In this document: positions 1-13,330 of the stretch, piece by piece
Layout: the number at the start of each line of letters is the position of its first letter
Position numbering within the stretch: position 1 is the first letter of the stretch
Assembly: GCA_013239625.1 (NCBI GenBank)
Contig: MU053588.1
Span: 4,120,799-4,171,427 of the forward strand
Direction: 5' to 3'
Source of the DNA: Lama guanicoe
Lineage: Eukaryota
DNA length: 50,629 nucleotides
Translations under genes and position numbers: made by a program
Notes under the pieces: model-generated
Told to the model about the DNA's origin: nothing
Databases searched by the model: none
What the model saw: only the letters and a program-made list of their open reading frames with translations

Positions 1-438
1 GTACACCCCGATTACCACTGTGATGTGAAATCCAATTGATGCTGTCAGACTTACAGAAATCATTTTTCATGGAAACTTGCTGACATCTACACTGATAATT
101 TCGTGACTCCATCAGATACATTTTCCTCCAAGAATGCTGGGCTCTCCCAGAGGGAAATTCTTCATTTTTTATATAACTAGAACCATCTCCTAAATGAGTC
201 AATAGATAGTTCTCATCTTCAGAAACCTGAATTGGTATTCCTGCCCAAACCTGACAGGGGGAATCACCTCGTTTTTGCAACTGAGAAATGTTCCCTTGAA
301 AATCTTTCATGGAATCTTGACACCTGGTTGACCCTCCTCCACTTTGTTGCCAGGTCTGCCAGGTGGAAAACTCTTTGGGGGAAAGGCAGCTTAATCCCGC
401 TTCTTGAATACTTTCCATATTATGTTGACTCTTGGTTC
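1..438 (-). CDS. ZNF112: ZNF112 last coding exon, 5' part (spacer before the finger array); truncated by the window edge
   Basis: Acceptor ttcttatag|GA at 439-440. The phase-1 frame is open to base 1: GTKSQHNMESIQEAGLSCLSPKEFSTWQTWQQ...QVWAGIPIQVSEDENYLLTHLGDGSSYIK...HSWRKMYLMESRNYQCRCQQVSMKNDFCK. This matches the human ZNF112 spacer as I recall it (QVWAGIPVQISEDKNY...HSWRKMYLKESHNYQCRCQQISMKN). Not in the ORF track because no stop falls in the window. Confidence 0.9.
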
Positions 439-3204
439 CTATAAGAATAAAGAGAATTTAAACATGTGCTTGGTGGATGCTTTTATTCAGAGATTTCAAG
501 ATTTTGCACTTAGATCATGACACTTAAATAAAGTAGAGGAAAATTCATGTTATTACCTCTGACAGTATTTAGAAAATGGCTCATCTTTGGCTACACCAAT
601 AAGATAATTAGGAGCCACAGAATTCAGGGTATTTGAATTCAGTCAGGGATCTGCAACACAATCTGGACATTAAGGATAGTGGCTCTGTTCAAAAGGCCTA
701 GTTAAACCAAACGCATATGAGCATGGGTTTATGATGGGTTGCCTGGAATTCCCAAGGAGAAAACAGCAGAGAGCAGTCTCAAATTGGAAAGAATATAGTT
801 TCAAGTGGACAAATGCTTTTTGCCTTTTCTTTTTTCTCTGGCACATGAGCATATTATTGTTTGTTTTTAAGAAGATCGTGTGTTAAATGCTGTGCAGATG
901 AAGGTAAACAAAGACCTTTAATCTGTGCTTGAGGCATCATAAGGCTTATCTTTAATGAGTTATTATCTTCATGAGAATAATAAGCTCTTCTAAATCACTG
1001 TAAGCCATTATCAGGTTTAACTCCTTCCAAAAGATATTTTGCAATTATCAAGGACCATGGTGCAGGTCAGAATGTGAAACACTGTGACAGAATTCAACTC
1101 CAAAGACATTAGAAAAAAATGGAGGCTGACAGAAGGAATCACAGGGAAGTTTCATGTCACCTGTTAGGTGTCCTCTGAGGCAACTGATTAAGCAAACAAA
1201 ACTCAACGAAACGCTGACTTTGGGTTGCATCATTTTGTGGGATAATTACTTTAATGTTTAGGGAATTTGAGGCACAAGAAGAGTTAAAGATGGGCATGTT
1301 TGGGTGGAAATGGTTTATCTGTTAGTTATTAAAGCTCAGATTCTCAGCAGGCAGCAGATCTTCATATCCTGGTGAGAAGTATCCCCCCTGAGGGCAACTG
1401 GTCCAACAGGGTTGAAGTAATAACATGTACTCCCCTAACGCTTGGCAGTACATTCTCTTTCAGCATCCAAAAAAACAAAACAAAACAAAGACCTAGTAAG
1501 AGGACTTTTCTTCATAACATGAATATTATCCTCACACATAATTCTTATCAATTTTGTTTTTCTATCTCTCCACACTGGAATATTTACCCACAAGGACAAG
1601 CACTCTGTTGCGTGCACTGCGTTACCCTCACTGCCTACAACACTTCTAGCGAATAGCAGTTGTTCGAAAAGCATATAATGAATAGATCACAGTTTGAGTC
1701 ACTCTCACTCACAGAACTAAAAGGGCACGTATGTGGAAGTTATTTTTCTTGGGAAAGGACTGTTGATGGCAGTTTTACTGCAAAGCTGAGAGGCTGTATT
1801 AAGAAGTAGGGCTACACTCAGGGGTATCACCTGCTGTTGAGAAAAGCAAAGATTACAAGAATCTTGTGGGTTCTGTCTTTTTAAATTTTCAAAATAACCT
1901 CTGAAATGCAGGTTTTTCTCCACAAAATCTTACCTGTAGCCCCACCCTAGCCCCAGCTCAAAAAAAAAAAAGGAAAAAATAAAAGGTCCCACTGATGATT
2001 GTGTGGCACGAGGCTCTGGGGCAGGGCACTGACTGCAGGGTGACACTTATGGTATCCGTAAGTACTCATCTTAGTACTTTAAAAAAATGTTCAGCAATGT
2101 CTCTGGCTTCTGAAATGCAAAGCTTTCAGCCACTATATTAATATTTTGTCACCTAAAAATGAAATGAAGGGACATGCTACAGAAGGAATGTCAAATAAAT
2201 AGCTTATATGTGAGCAGTATGGGCTTCCAGCTAGAGTTAATAATAATGCTTATAGTTGAGTTTTGGTATCATCAAAAACACTCAATACATATTCAAGAAG
2301 ATACAGTTTAATATGTCATGTCTTTTGGGACTGATGTGGTGGCTTGGGGAACATGAAAGCAGCTTGCTAGTCAAAGCCCAATTTCTTATGAAGCACCTGT
2401 TTCAATACAAATTTGTACATACATAATTTATAACATAAGAATCTCTCAAATGTATAAAGATTAAAATTTCTTTCTGACCAGTGGTTTTAATGTTAAAGGG
2501 ACAGAGAAAGGAAAATAAAAGTTTCACTAAGGTGAAATTTAGTTTCAGAATCTTATGGAAGAGATCATACATTTAACATTAATTTTTATTATACCCTCAG
2601 TGGTACATACTGAAACAACTTATTTGTCATTTTCTCTCCATGTATCAGCAGTTAAGTTCTATTTTAATATCAGTGGTAGTGTGTTGATGATAAACTCTGT
2701 TAAGTTTATAAAAGAACATCATATGATGGCGAAAATATGCACTGCAAAGAGTACTGACCGACCTCACTCGGAGTAACAAGGATAAGAATTTACTTAATCT
2801 CCTTAGTAATTCTGCTTTAGAGTTTGGGAAAGTCAAATCATTCCAATATCCTGTATCAATTAATTCAACAACAAAGGTGTTATATTTATCATATATACCA
2901 AATAATTCTTTTAAATTTAATGCTTATCCATAATGCATTAACAGAAAAAAATCTCTCTATATTTTCTTTTTCTCTTCTTCAATAGAAGCTACTCAAGAAA
3001 CATCAACTCAGGCAACCCAGGCTCATATCACCCTGCATTCTTATTCTTACTACATTTACAGATAGTAAGAGAAACCAAGGCATTTTCTGGACAGTATCAG
3101 ATACAGTAACAATAATGTCTTGATTATAGACTGATACTTAAGCTGCTGTGCTGGCTAATCTCTTGACATACCTGAGGCTTACCTCTCTCTAACAAAGTAT
3201 TTAT

Positions 3205-4300
3205 CTTTTTTTAAAAAAAATTGAAATACAGTTGATGTAAAATATTGTTTGTTTACATAGTGATTTGACATTTTCATACATTATAAAATGATCACCATAT
3301 TAAGTCTAGTAACCACCTGTCCCCATACACGGTTATTATAATATTATTGCCCATATTCCTTATGCTGTATATTACACCCCCATGACTTCTTTATTTTATA
3401 ACTCAAGGCTTGTACCTCTTAATCTTCTTCACCTGTTTCATCCTCCCAGAGTATACTTAACCTTTAGAGGACTTCCTGTCCATCTCTACTTCTTTTCCTC
3501 ACAACTGAATGAATTCTGGCTTCCTGTTTGGAAGATAATTATTTATTCAATTTCTTTACCAGATATAGGTCTATTCAAATTGTGTATTTCTTCTTGTGTG
3601 AGTTTTGGCAAACTGTGTCTTTCAAGGAATTGGTCCATTTCATTTAGGTTATCAAATTTGTGGGCAGTTTGTTCACTGTATTCCTTTATTATCCCTTTCA
3701 TGCCCACAGGTTCTGTAGTCATGTCCCTTCTTTCATTTCTGATATTAGAAATTTATATGCTCTCTTTTTTTCTCAGTTAGCCTAGCTAAGAAGCTTATAA
3801 ATTTTATGCATCTTTTCAAAGAATCAGCTTTTGGTTTCACTGACTTTCTCTACTAATTTTCTACTTCCAATTCTTATTTTTTTCTTCTACTTACTTTGGA
3901 TTTAACTTGCTCTTCTTTTTCTAGTTTCCTAAGGTTGAAGTTTAGCTGATTGATTTTGGATCTTCTTTCCTAATACATGTATTCAATACTATAAATTTTC
4001 CTCTAAGCACTGCTTTTGCTGCTTCCTAAAAATTTTGATAAGTTGTATTTTCATTTTCATGTAGTTTAAAATATTTGAAAACTTGAGATTTCTTCTTTGA
4101 CCCACATATTATCTGGAAGTGTGTTGTTTAATCTCCATTTGTAATTTTCCAGTTATTTAATTTACTGACTTCTAATTCAATTCCACAGTGCTCTAAGAGC
4201 AGACATTGCATGCTTTTAAACTTGCTAAGGTGCGTTTTATGGCCAAGAATATGGTCTGTCTTGGTGAACATTCCATGTGAGCTTGAGACGAAAAGTTCTT
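3205..4300 (-). mobile_element. LINE-1 fragments (3' UTR piece ~3205-3445; ORF2 piece ~3510-4300)
   Basis: Antisense L1 hallmarks such as TGTGTCTTTCAAGGAATTGGTCCATTTCA and TTTTCAAAGAATCAGCTTTTGGTTTCA; ORF-track peptide HGMFTKTDHILGHKTHLSKFK is L1 endonuclease-like. Confidence 0.85.
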
Positions 4301-4404
4301 TCTTTCTAATCATCTACATTAACAATGGTTCCAACAACCAATTCCATGCCACAAAGCTATCATTTTAGAATCAGTTTTAACTCTGTCCACAGGAAAAACA
4401 TATT

Positions 4405-4868
4405 CCATACCTTGTTTTATTGTGCTTTGCTTTACTGTGCTTTGTAGATACTGAGTTTTTCACAAATTGAAGGCAACTCTGTGTTGAGCAAGTCTATTGA
4501 CGCTATTTCTAATAGAATTTGCTCATTTTGTGTTTCTGTGTCACACTTTGGTAATTCTCATAATATTTCAAGGTTTTTCATTATTATTATGTTTGTCATG
4601 GTTTTCTGTAATCTTTGATGTTACTACTGAGGCTCACTGAAGGCTCAGATGATAGTTTGCATTTTTTAGCAATAACGCATCGTTAAATTAGGGTATGTAC
4701 ATTGTTTTTTGGCAGAATGTTATTGCAAACTTAATAGACCACACTATGGTATAGCCATAACTTACACATGCACTAGGAAACCAAAAAATGCGTGACTCAC
4801 TTTATTGTGACATTTGCTTTATTGCGGTGGTCTGGAACCGAACCTGCAGTATCTCCAAGGTATGCTTG
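4405..4868 (+). mobile_element. Tigger1-derived non-autonomous DNA transposon (internally deleted)
   Basis: Tigger1 left end CATACCTTGTTTTATTGTGCTTTGC joined to right end GGTCTGGAACCGAACCTGCAGTATCTCCAAGGTATGCTTG; ~460 bp. Confidence 0.85.
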
Positions 4869-5374
4869 TGTAATGTGTGAAAACAAGAAGAGGGTTATGT
4901 GGAGTGAGGGCAGAGGGAGTGAAATGCAGAAAACAAAGACTACTCTTTGTATTATAGCACAAAAATGGCCAGCCTATCACGGCCCGTGATCAGATGTGAC
5001 CACTGTTAATGACTGAAAAAGTAATCTAAAAATTATAAGAAAAAAGTAATTAAATATATGTGTAATTTTAAAAATGTATGTGTCATATTAGCAACATGCC
5101 ATTTTATCCATAGTTCACTTTATGCCCGCAGTTAGTTAAAGCAAATGTAGTAACTTTTTCTATTAAAAAGGAAATTCTGGCAAGCAATTGTAATGCTAGA
5201 TCAGCATGACTGGCACGTGTAAGATGTCACAAGATATTTATGAGAGGTTGCATTAAAACTTAAGGTTTGCTTAAAGTTAACATACAAAGTTAAGTTACAA
5301 TTTTGGCAGCTCTTAACAGTGATGTCTGATAATCTAATTAAGCCATAATGGAATTCAAATTATCGGAGGAAATA

Positions 5375-5529
5375 GCTGTTTTGTACAGCCTAGGAGCAAG
5401 AATAGTTTTTACAGTTTTAAAAATCGTGTAAGAAAAAACGAAGAAGAATATGTGATAGAGACCATATGTGGCCAGCAAAGCCTAAAATATTCACATCTGG
5501 ACCTTACAGAAAAAGTTTTCTGACTCCTG
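5375..5529 (+). mobile_element. MER58-type hAT-Charlie MITE fragment
   Basis: GAGACCATATGTGGCCAGCAAAGCCTAAAATATT...CCTTACAGAAAAAGTTTTCTGACTCCTG resembles the MER58 right end. Confidence 0.75.
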
Positions 5530-5757
5530 CTCTAAAGAGTGTATTGCCTATATGACCCTGAATCTTAACGGAGATGGCAACAAAAAATTATAGAAGTAAA
5601 GTAATTTGTTTTGAAATTTTTAATTGACTAACTTTTTCCTACCCAGGAGCATCCTTAGGTATCCAGTTGTGACAATGCCCTTGACATCAGATGAGGACTC
5701 AAGAAACATTACTAAAATGCTTGCACTCACATAAAAGTACAATTTGGAAACTGTATT

Positions 5758-7888
5758 TCTAAAAGAAAATTACAGGTCAATATCCGTCAGGAACATAGAT
5801 GCAAAAATCCTCAACAAAATATTAGCAAACTGAATTCAACAGTACATCAAAAAGGATCACATACCACGATCAAGTGGGATTTATTATTCTAGGGATGCAT
5901 GGATGGCTCAATGTGTGTAAATCAGTCAGTGTGATACACCACATTAACAAAATGAAGGCTAAAAGTCATGTAATCATCTCAATAGATGCAGAAAAAATAC
6001 TTCATCAAATGCAACATCCATTTATGATAAAAACTCTCGACAAATTGAGTATACAGGGAATATATCTCAACGGAATAAAGGCCATTTTTGACAAACCCAC
6101 AGCTAGATCATACTCAACTATGAAAAGCTGGAAATCTTTCCTCTTAGATCAGGAACAAGGATGCTTATTCTTGTCACTTTTATTCAACAAAGAATGAAAG
6201 TCCTAATCAGAGAAATTATACAAGAAAAAGAAATAAAAGGCATCCAAATTGGAAAAGAAGAAATAAAACTGTCACTATTTTCAGATGACATAATGTTATA
6301 TATAGAAAACCTTAAAGATGCCATCAAAAAATTACTAGAAGTAATAAACAAACTCACTAAAGTTGTAGGATACAAAATCAAAACACAGAAAAAAAAATCT
6401 GTTGTATTTCTTTACACTAATAACAAACTATCAGAAACAGAAATTAAGAAAATGGTCCCATTTACAATTGCATAAAAAAAAATACTTAGGAATAACTTTA
6501 ACCAAGGACGTGAAAGACCTGTATATTGAAAACTACAAGACATTAATGAAAAAAATTGAATACACAAATAAATGGATGCTCATGGATTGGAAGACTTAAT
6601 TTTGTTAAAATGTCCATTATACCCAAAGCAATATACAGACTCAAAGTAATCCCTATAAAAATTCCAATTGTATTTTTCACAGAAATAGAACAAAGAATCC
6701 TAAAATTTGTATGGAACCACAAAAGACTCAAAATAGCCAAAGCAATCTTGAAAAAAGAACAAAGCTGGAGGAACCATGTTCCTTGATTTCAAACTACATT
6801 AAAAGCTATAGTGATTAAAACATTATGGTACAGGCATAAAAAAAAAGACACATAGATCAATGGAACAGAAAAGAGAAACCCATAAACATACAGTCAACTA
6901 ATTTATGGCAGAGGAGCCAGGAATACAATGGGGAAAGGTCTTCAATAAATGGTATTGGGAAAATTGGACAGTCACATGCAAAAGAATGAAACAGGACCAC
7001 TATCTTACACCATACACAAAAGTTAACTCAAAACTGATTAAAGACTTGAATGTAAGACCTGAAACCATAAAACTGCTAGAAGAAAATGAGGTAGAGCTCT
7101 GACATAGGTTTTGGCGATGATTTTTTTGAATCTGACACCAAAAGCAAAAAGAAACAAGGAGGACTGCATCAAACTAAAAAGCTTCAGCAGAGCAAAGGAA
7201 ATGATCAACAAATCAAACAGGTAAACTACTGAATGGGAGAAAATAACTACAAATCATATATTTGAGAAGGGGCTAATATCTAAAATATATAAAGAACTCA
7301 TACAACTCAACAGCAAAAACCAAACAATCTGACTTTAAAAATGTGCAGAAGAACTGAATAGAAATTTTCTCAAAGACATACAGATGGCCAACAGGTACAT
7401 AAAAAGATAGTCAAGAACATTAATCATCAGGGAAATGCAAATCAAAACCACAATGAGATATCACCTCCTATCTGTTAGAATGGCTATTATAAAAAAGAAA
7501 GACAAGAAACAACAAATGTTGGTGAGGATGTGGAGAAAAGGGAACCCTTGTGCACCACTGGTGGGAATGTAAGTTGGTGCAGCCACCACGGATATCAGTC
7601 TAGGGTTTCCTCAAGAAATTAAAAACAGAACATATGATTCAGCAATTCCACTTCTGGGTATTTATTTGAAGAAATATATGTACCCCCATGTTCACTGCAG
7701 CACTATTTACTACAGTCAAGATAAGGAATAGATAAAGAAAATATGGCATATACATATACAGTGGAATACTATTCAGCCATAATCAAGAATGAAATCTTGC
7801 CATTTGTAACAACATGGATAGACTTCGAGGGCATAACTCAGACAGAGAAAGACAAATATCCTCTGATCTCTTTTATGTGTGGAATCTA

Positions 7889-7922
<34 letters not shown>

Positions 7923-8045
7923 CAACCAAGCTCATAAATAAAGTGAACAGATTGGTGGTTACATGAAACAGAATTTGGGGGATGGGAGAAATAGGTGAAC
8001 TTTTTTTTTTTTCAGTTTAAGTAAACTGAATAAAAAATTTTTAAA
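5758..8045 (+). mobile_element. 5'-truncated LINE-1 (RT, ORF2 C-terminus, 3' UTR), frameshifted
   Basis: ORF fragments [55 protein letters not shown] and [11 protein letters not shown]-rich tail at ~8030. Confidence 0.95.
7893..7919 (+). repeat. (CA)n microsatellite
   Basis: About 13 CA units inside the L1 3' UTR. Confidence 0.95.
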
Positions 8046-8647
8046 AATGCCAACAAGTGAAAGCAGGTCAAGAAACTGTTTAGGAGTCAGAGGATGGGAG
8101 GGTAAGAAGAGAGGACGGAATGGGGATTTGAATGAGGAAGTTAATGTAAGAATGTATCACTTGAAATTGCTGCCTGAGAAGGGTCAATTATAGTGTTGGC
8201 TTTGATCATTCTTGATCATTACTTTAGTTGACTGGCCATTTTTGATCTTTGGAATAATGGCTACCTATCTATGAATACTCAAGGACACCTTGAACAGTTA
8301 GAATTAGGACAGGCAGTCACCAATGACAGACAACATTCTGGAGTATCCTTCCATTATATTGATTTATTCTATACCTATTAGACTTCTATACCTTTTGTCT
8401 CAAGGACTGGAGACAGTGAAGACCATGCACATATTAACCAATTCACTCATTCAAGGCAAAGAGAAAAGCAAGCCAAATAACCTGAAGCAGAAGCATAATT
8501 ACGACAGGTCTGATGGGACAGTGCAGCTGGAACAGAACGAATAAGCTAGAGGGGATGAGGGGACAGACACCTTAAGGCCTGACAGGTGCTGACTTGTGTT
8601 TTATGAGGGGCTCTCTGGCTGCTGGGTCACTGCTGGATGGTTCTCAC

Positions 8648-8743
8648 CTGAACACCCATCTCTCTGGGTTTCTGTCTCCATCATCAAAAGCTCTTCTTCT
8701 CTCTCCAACTGGAATATAAGCTCTGGTTTGAAGAGCTGCTTCC
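8648..8743 (-). CDS. ZNF112: ZNF112 KRAB-B exon (96 bp, phase 1-1)
   Basis: tttacag|GG...TCAG|gtgaga. Translates [32 protein letters not shown], canonical KRAB-B size and motif; resembles recalled human [28 protein letters not shown]. Confidence 0.92.
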
Positions 8744-9347
8744 CTGTAAAAAGGCAAGGAGAGCACATGTCTTAAATTTTGACTGAGTCCAACTTATTTT
8801 ATTTTTCTTTTTTGAATCATGTTTTTGGTACTGTATCTAAGAACTGTTTGCCTAACTCAAGGTCATGAAGATCTTCTCCTGTGTCTCTTTCTAGAAGTTT
8901 CACACTTCTACATTTTACATAACGTCTCTAATCCATTCTGAGTTAATTTTTTAATAGGTGTGAGGCATGTAAATATATGCATACAGAAGTCTAAATGTTT
9001 CCAAACCACCTGTTGAAAAGACCATACTTTCTCCATCAAATTGCCTTGGCACCGGCAGTACACCTAAAATAATTTCAGAATTGCTTATTCCGTATCACTA
9101 CAATAAACAAATCCACTAAAAAGTGTTCAGGATTGCAGTTCTTTGTCCCATCCCCCTCCCACTGTACCTAAAACTAAGGGTATACAGTTATATACTGTGT
9201 TGGTATATAGTTATATGCTGTGTTCCTTAGCTGCTTCTGTGAATTCTTTTTTTTTCTCTTTGATGTGTTTAAATTATTTGAGTATAGTTGAGTTCATTTG
9301 TTTTTTTCATTTTTATTTTAGTTTCAGATTATCATCCCTTGTATTCT

Positions 9348-9487
9348 TTTTCTCTTTAATTTTTTTTTTTTTTTGGTGGGGAGGTAATTAGGTTTATTTA
9401 TTTATTTTAATTAAAGTACTGAGGATTGAACCCAGGATCTCATGCATGCTACGCGAGCACTCTACCACTGAGCTATACCCTTCTCCT
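9348..9487 (-). mobile_element. tRNA-derived SINE (camelid Vic-1-like)
   Basis: GATTGAACCCAGGATCTCATGCATGCT...CTCTACCACTGAGCTATACCC (B and A boxes in reverse). TSD atcccttg(t/c)attct at 9334-9347 and 9488-9501. Confidence 0.88.
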
Positions 9488-9874
9488 ATCCCTTGCATTC
9501 TCATTTAAGTTTTAGAATGTGTTGAAATGACATATTTTCAAAAGTCCAAACTAGACAAAAAAGTATACTCAGACAAGTATGACTCTCTCGAACATTCCTT
9601 CCATACTATCACCTCCCACTCACTTATAAGAAACTAACGTCATGATTTCCTGATTAATCCTTCTTGTGATTCTTCTTATAAAGATCAGCAGATATACATA
9701 TATCTACTTATTTTCCCTTCTTTCTTATTCAAATTGTAGTGTACTATTAATGCTCTTTTGTACTTTGTCATCTTTAGGGAAGATTCCTACAAGTGAATAG
9801 CTGGGAAAGGGTAAATCCATAGTTTTGTCAAATTCCTCTCCTTAGGGGTGGTATCATGTTGCATTCCTACTTTC

Positions 9875-10018
9875 TTTCGCTTTTTTTTGGGGGGGGCATT
9901 AGGTTTGTTTGTTTGTTTATTTATTTATTTATTAATTAATGGAGGTATACTGGGGATTGAACCCAGGACCTCGAACATGCTAGGCACACACTCTACCACT
10001 GAGCTATAATCTCCCCTC
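9875..10018 (-). mobile_element. tRNA-derived SINE (camelid Vic-1-like)
   Basis: Same consensus. Perfect 15-bp TSD tgcattcctactttc at 9860-9874 and 10019-10033. Confidence 0.9.
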
Positions 10019-11210
10019 TGCATTCCTACTTTCAAGGCATGAAAGTGTTTTATTCTAAAGGCACTGCCCAAAAAAATACAGTGTCAAGTTTTTGAATTTT
10101 TGCTGGTCTCATGGGTGAGAAATGGTGTTTCAGTATAATTTGAATTAATCTCTCTTATTTTGAATGAAACTGAATAACTATTCATATGTATACATATTTA
10201 TATAATGTGTGTGTGTGTATATGAATTTGTGTCCACACACAGACACACCTCCTAGCTCTAAGCCCTGAGGCCAGGAAACAAAGACACCATGGTGGCAATG
10301 ATAATCTCCGGCATCCAGACCTTGGTGTTAAATACCATTCCCCAGTAAATGAAATGGAGGATTCCAGAGCTGGGGCAAAATAAAAGATGAGCCAAAGATA
10401 GCATGCTAAGCCACAAAATAAGGAAGTGCTCATAAAAAGGGTGGGGGCATATTATAAGGGCACGGGAATCAGCTTAAAGGGTCCAAATTTGGGACAATTT
10501 TAGCAAGAAAACTACTACAGTAATAAATTATAAACCATTTTTAAAAAATAATTCACAACTCCCTACAAATAATAAATGAATAAATGGTTAAGAGAGAGGG
10601 GCTCTTGCTTACTCCAGAACGCCAAGCTCTGAATGCTAAATGTGAAGGAAGTACTGAGTCAGAAAATTATCATTTGATGCTGTTTATAGGGAAATATTTG
10701 TGTTGTCTTAGAAAGTGTTGCCCTATGATTGCAGAGGAAACAAAGCAGTGATTTTATAGTGGAGAAATTGGACATCTTGACTAGGTGATGAAAACTAGAT
10801 ATTTTCAATGAGGGACAGATGGTGTGTCTCTAGATGTGATACCCTCAAAAGGACACCCCACTACTAACTGTAGAGTTCCAGCCAGAATGGACCATCTGAA
10901 TTGAATTATGAGGAAATACTAGGAATGTTCTATTGAAAATGAGGGGAGGGAGTGGTGGTATTCTTTTAAAATGTCACTGTTACAAAAGACACAGAAATGC
11001 TGTGAAAATGTTCCAAAATTAAAGAAGGCTAAGAAAGACACTGACAGCTAGACTAGACTTTCGGCTAAATCTTGCTCTGGGGAGAGAAAAATATGCTTTA
11101 AAAATAACTGGCTCTACTGAGAAAATCAGAGCACAAATGATAGATGGATAAAAGGATTGTATCTGCACTAGGGATATGTAAGAGAATAATCCTACTTCCA
11201 GGAAATACAC

Positions 11211-11826
11211 TGTTCAGTGAAGAATTAACTTGGCCCAAAGAGGGGTCTGGCTTTTGCCCTCAGCTCTTGGGAGGTGATCTCTATGTACTCGCAATGTACT
11301 ACCTGATAAGAGTGTCTTTTTTTACCTAGAGGCCTTGGGCCACACCAGAGAGTTTAGCAATGTGATTTATGGTGGGGCCTTTGAGCTATGTTTATCAGCT
11401 TGATCTCCAGATGGGCTGGAAACTAAAGTCAGCCACACAGGTGTCCAACCACGTCTACGTGATCCAGCTGCAATTAAAGCTCTGGCGACAAGGTTTGTGT
11501 GAGCCTCCCTGGTTGGTAATGCGCCACGTGTACTGTCAGCCATCACTGATGGGAAAAGTGAGTGCTGCCCACGACTCCACTGGGAGGGAACAACCAGAAG
11601 TTTGTGCTGGAAATACCCCTGGACTCTGCCCCAGTTGTCTCCTCCTTTGGCTGATTTTATTCTGTATCCTTAACATGTAATAAAGCATAACCATGAGTAT
11701 AACAGCTTTCAGTGAGCTCTGAGGGTCTTCCTAGCAAATTACTGAGGCTCAGGGTTATCTGGGAGACCCTTGAACTTGCAACTGGTGTCAGAGTGAGGAC
11801 CGTCCTGGGGACTCCTGGACTCTGCA
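11211..11826 (+). mobile_element. Solo ERVL-class LTR (MER77/MER21 group)
   Basis: TG...CA termini. Motifs GCCCAAAGAGGGGTCTGGCTTTTGCCCTC, AATAAAGCATAACCATGAGTATAACAGCTTTCAGTGAG and CTTGAACTTGCAACTGGTGTCAG. Approximate 5-bp TSD tacac/tatac. Confidence 0.8.
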
Positions 11827-12026
11827 TATACACTGAAGCATTTAGAGATAAAGGTCCATAGTGTATGGAAATTACTCTCAAATGGTTCAGAAAATTATGA
11901 ATACACATGTTTTCATATATATATATATACACAGAAACATTTATAGAGAAAGAAAATGTACATAAATGATAAAATAAATGGGGTAAAATTGACACTACAT
12001 TGTAAACTGACTATATCTCAGTATGT

Positions 12027-12099
12027 ATAAATAAATAAATAAATAAATAAATACATAAATAAGTAAGTAAGTAAATAAATAAGTAAGTAAGTAAGTAAG
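12027..12099 (+). repeat. Compound (TAAA)n/(TAAG)n microsatellite
   Basis: Directly visible; follows ACATTGTAAACTGACTATATCTCA, an L1 terminal motif also seen at ~40691. Confidence 0.9.
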
Positions 12100-12529
12100 G
12101 TAAAATGTTACTATAGGTAAATCTAAGTAAAAGCTATATGGGTGGTTCTTGTTCTGTACTTTTGCAAATTTTCTGATATTTTGCAAAGTTTGATGTTACT
12201 TACAAATACATTGTTAAAGCAAAAAACAAAATACCCCCCAAATATCAAGTTAATAAACAGCTACAGTTACTCGCACCCAGAAAAACAAAAGAGCTGGAGC
12301 AACTCACTAAACTGATTTCATGACAAACCAGTGGAGTAGGATCACAACTGCCCATTTAGTTAATAGGACAGATTGTTTTCCTGGATAGAAACATCTGAAA
12401 CATCTTGTCTCTGTTGCACAGAGACTATCGGGACTCGTAAATACCCAAGGTCAGAGAATGAGTTCAGGAACCCCAGAGCGTCAAACAACTAAGCACACGA
12501 AGACACCCCGGGAGGCTGACACTGAGTCA

Positions 12530-12676
<147 letters not shown>

Positions 12677-13094
12677 CTACAACACCAAACACACACAGAC
12701 TGTGTTTATGGAAGAGGGGCAGTACTGAGAAAGTGTCCAGGATGGGAAGCTGTTCAGGATTCTGAGGGATCGAGTCAAATTTAAGCAGCTGCCTTCTGAC
12801 TGCCTTTCACGCTGCCAACTCCATCCACCAAAAGGGCTGCAGGAAAAGACATCCTTGTACTTTAAATTGCTGCCTTTTGTTAGCATTCCTATAGGTAAGT
12901 CCCAGGCCTCTGCAGCATCCTGGGCTACTAGAAAAGCTTTAGTTCCAACAGCACGTGATGGAGTCTGCCTTCCCTCTTGTACATGCTTCCACTACTTACT
13001 CAATTTGCCTGACTTACAGGGCACCAGTCACCCTTCCTGTCAGAGTATGTAGCTCATCCTCCACGCCCCATGTAGACTGTGCAGCATTTATGGC

Positions 13095-13330
13095 GTCATG
13101 CTGCGGGCACAGCTCTGGAGCCTGACTGCCTGTGTTCACGGCAGAATGCTCTGCTTGGTGACGCTGGACCCGTTCCTCACCCTCTCTTCATTTGCATGCG
13201 GATATCTGTACCTTAGGGTACTGGTGATAAAATGAGTGACTATAGGTAAAGCACTTAGGAAGAGTGTCTGGTACACAGCAAGCACCCAATAAATGTCAAC
13301 TATTCTTATGATTATTACTATCATCATCAT
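13095..13330 (+). mobile_element. MIR SINE
   Basis: GCTCTGGAGCCTGACTGCCTG...GTAAAGCACTTAGGAAGAGTGTCTGGTACACAGCAAGCACCCAATAAATGT. Confidence 0.75.

Larger units (their letters stand above)
10190..12230 (+). mobile_element. Old L1M 3'-end fragments, interrupted by an LTR and a microsatellite
   Basis: L1MC/MD-type 3' UTR motifs (GGAAATACAC..TGAAGCATTTAG; ACTCTCAAATGGTTCAGAAAA; GTTCTGTACTTTTGCAAATTTTCT). Boundaries approximate. Confidence 0.65.

Noticed and set aside
4405..4868. Similarity to 43774-44289 as a segmental duplication
   Set aside because: Both are copies of the same internally deleted Tigger1 element with unrelated flanks.
5874..7102. Cluster of ORFs with reverse-transcriptase similarity as a host gene or active element
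   Set aside because: Frameshifted, 5'-truncated L1 ORF2 fragments.
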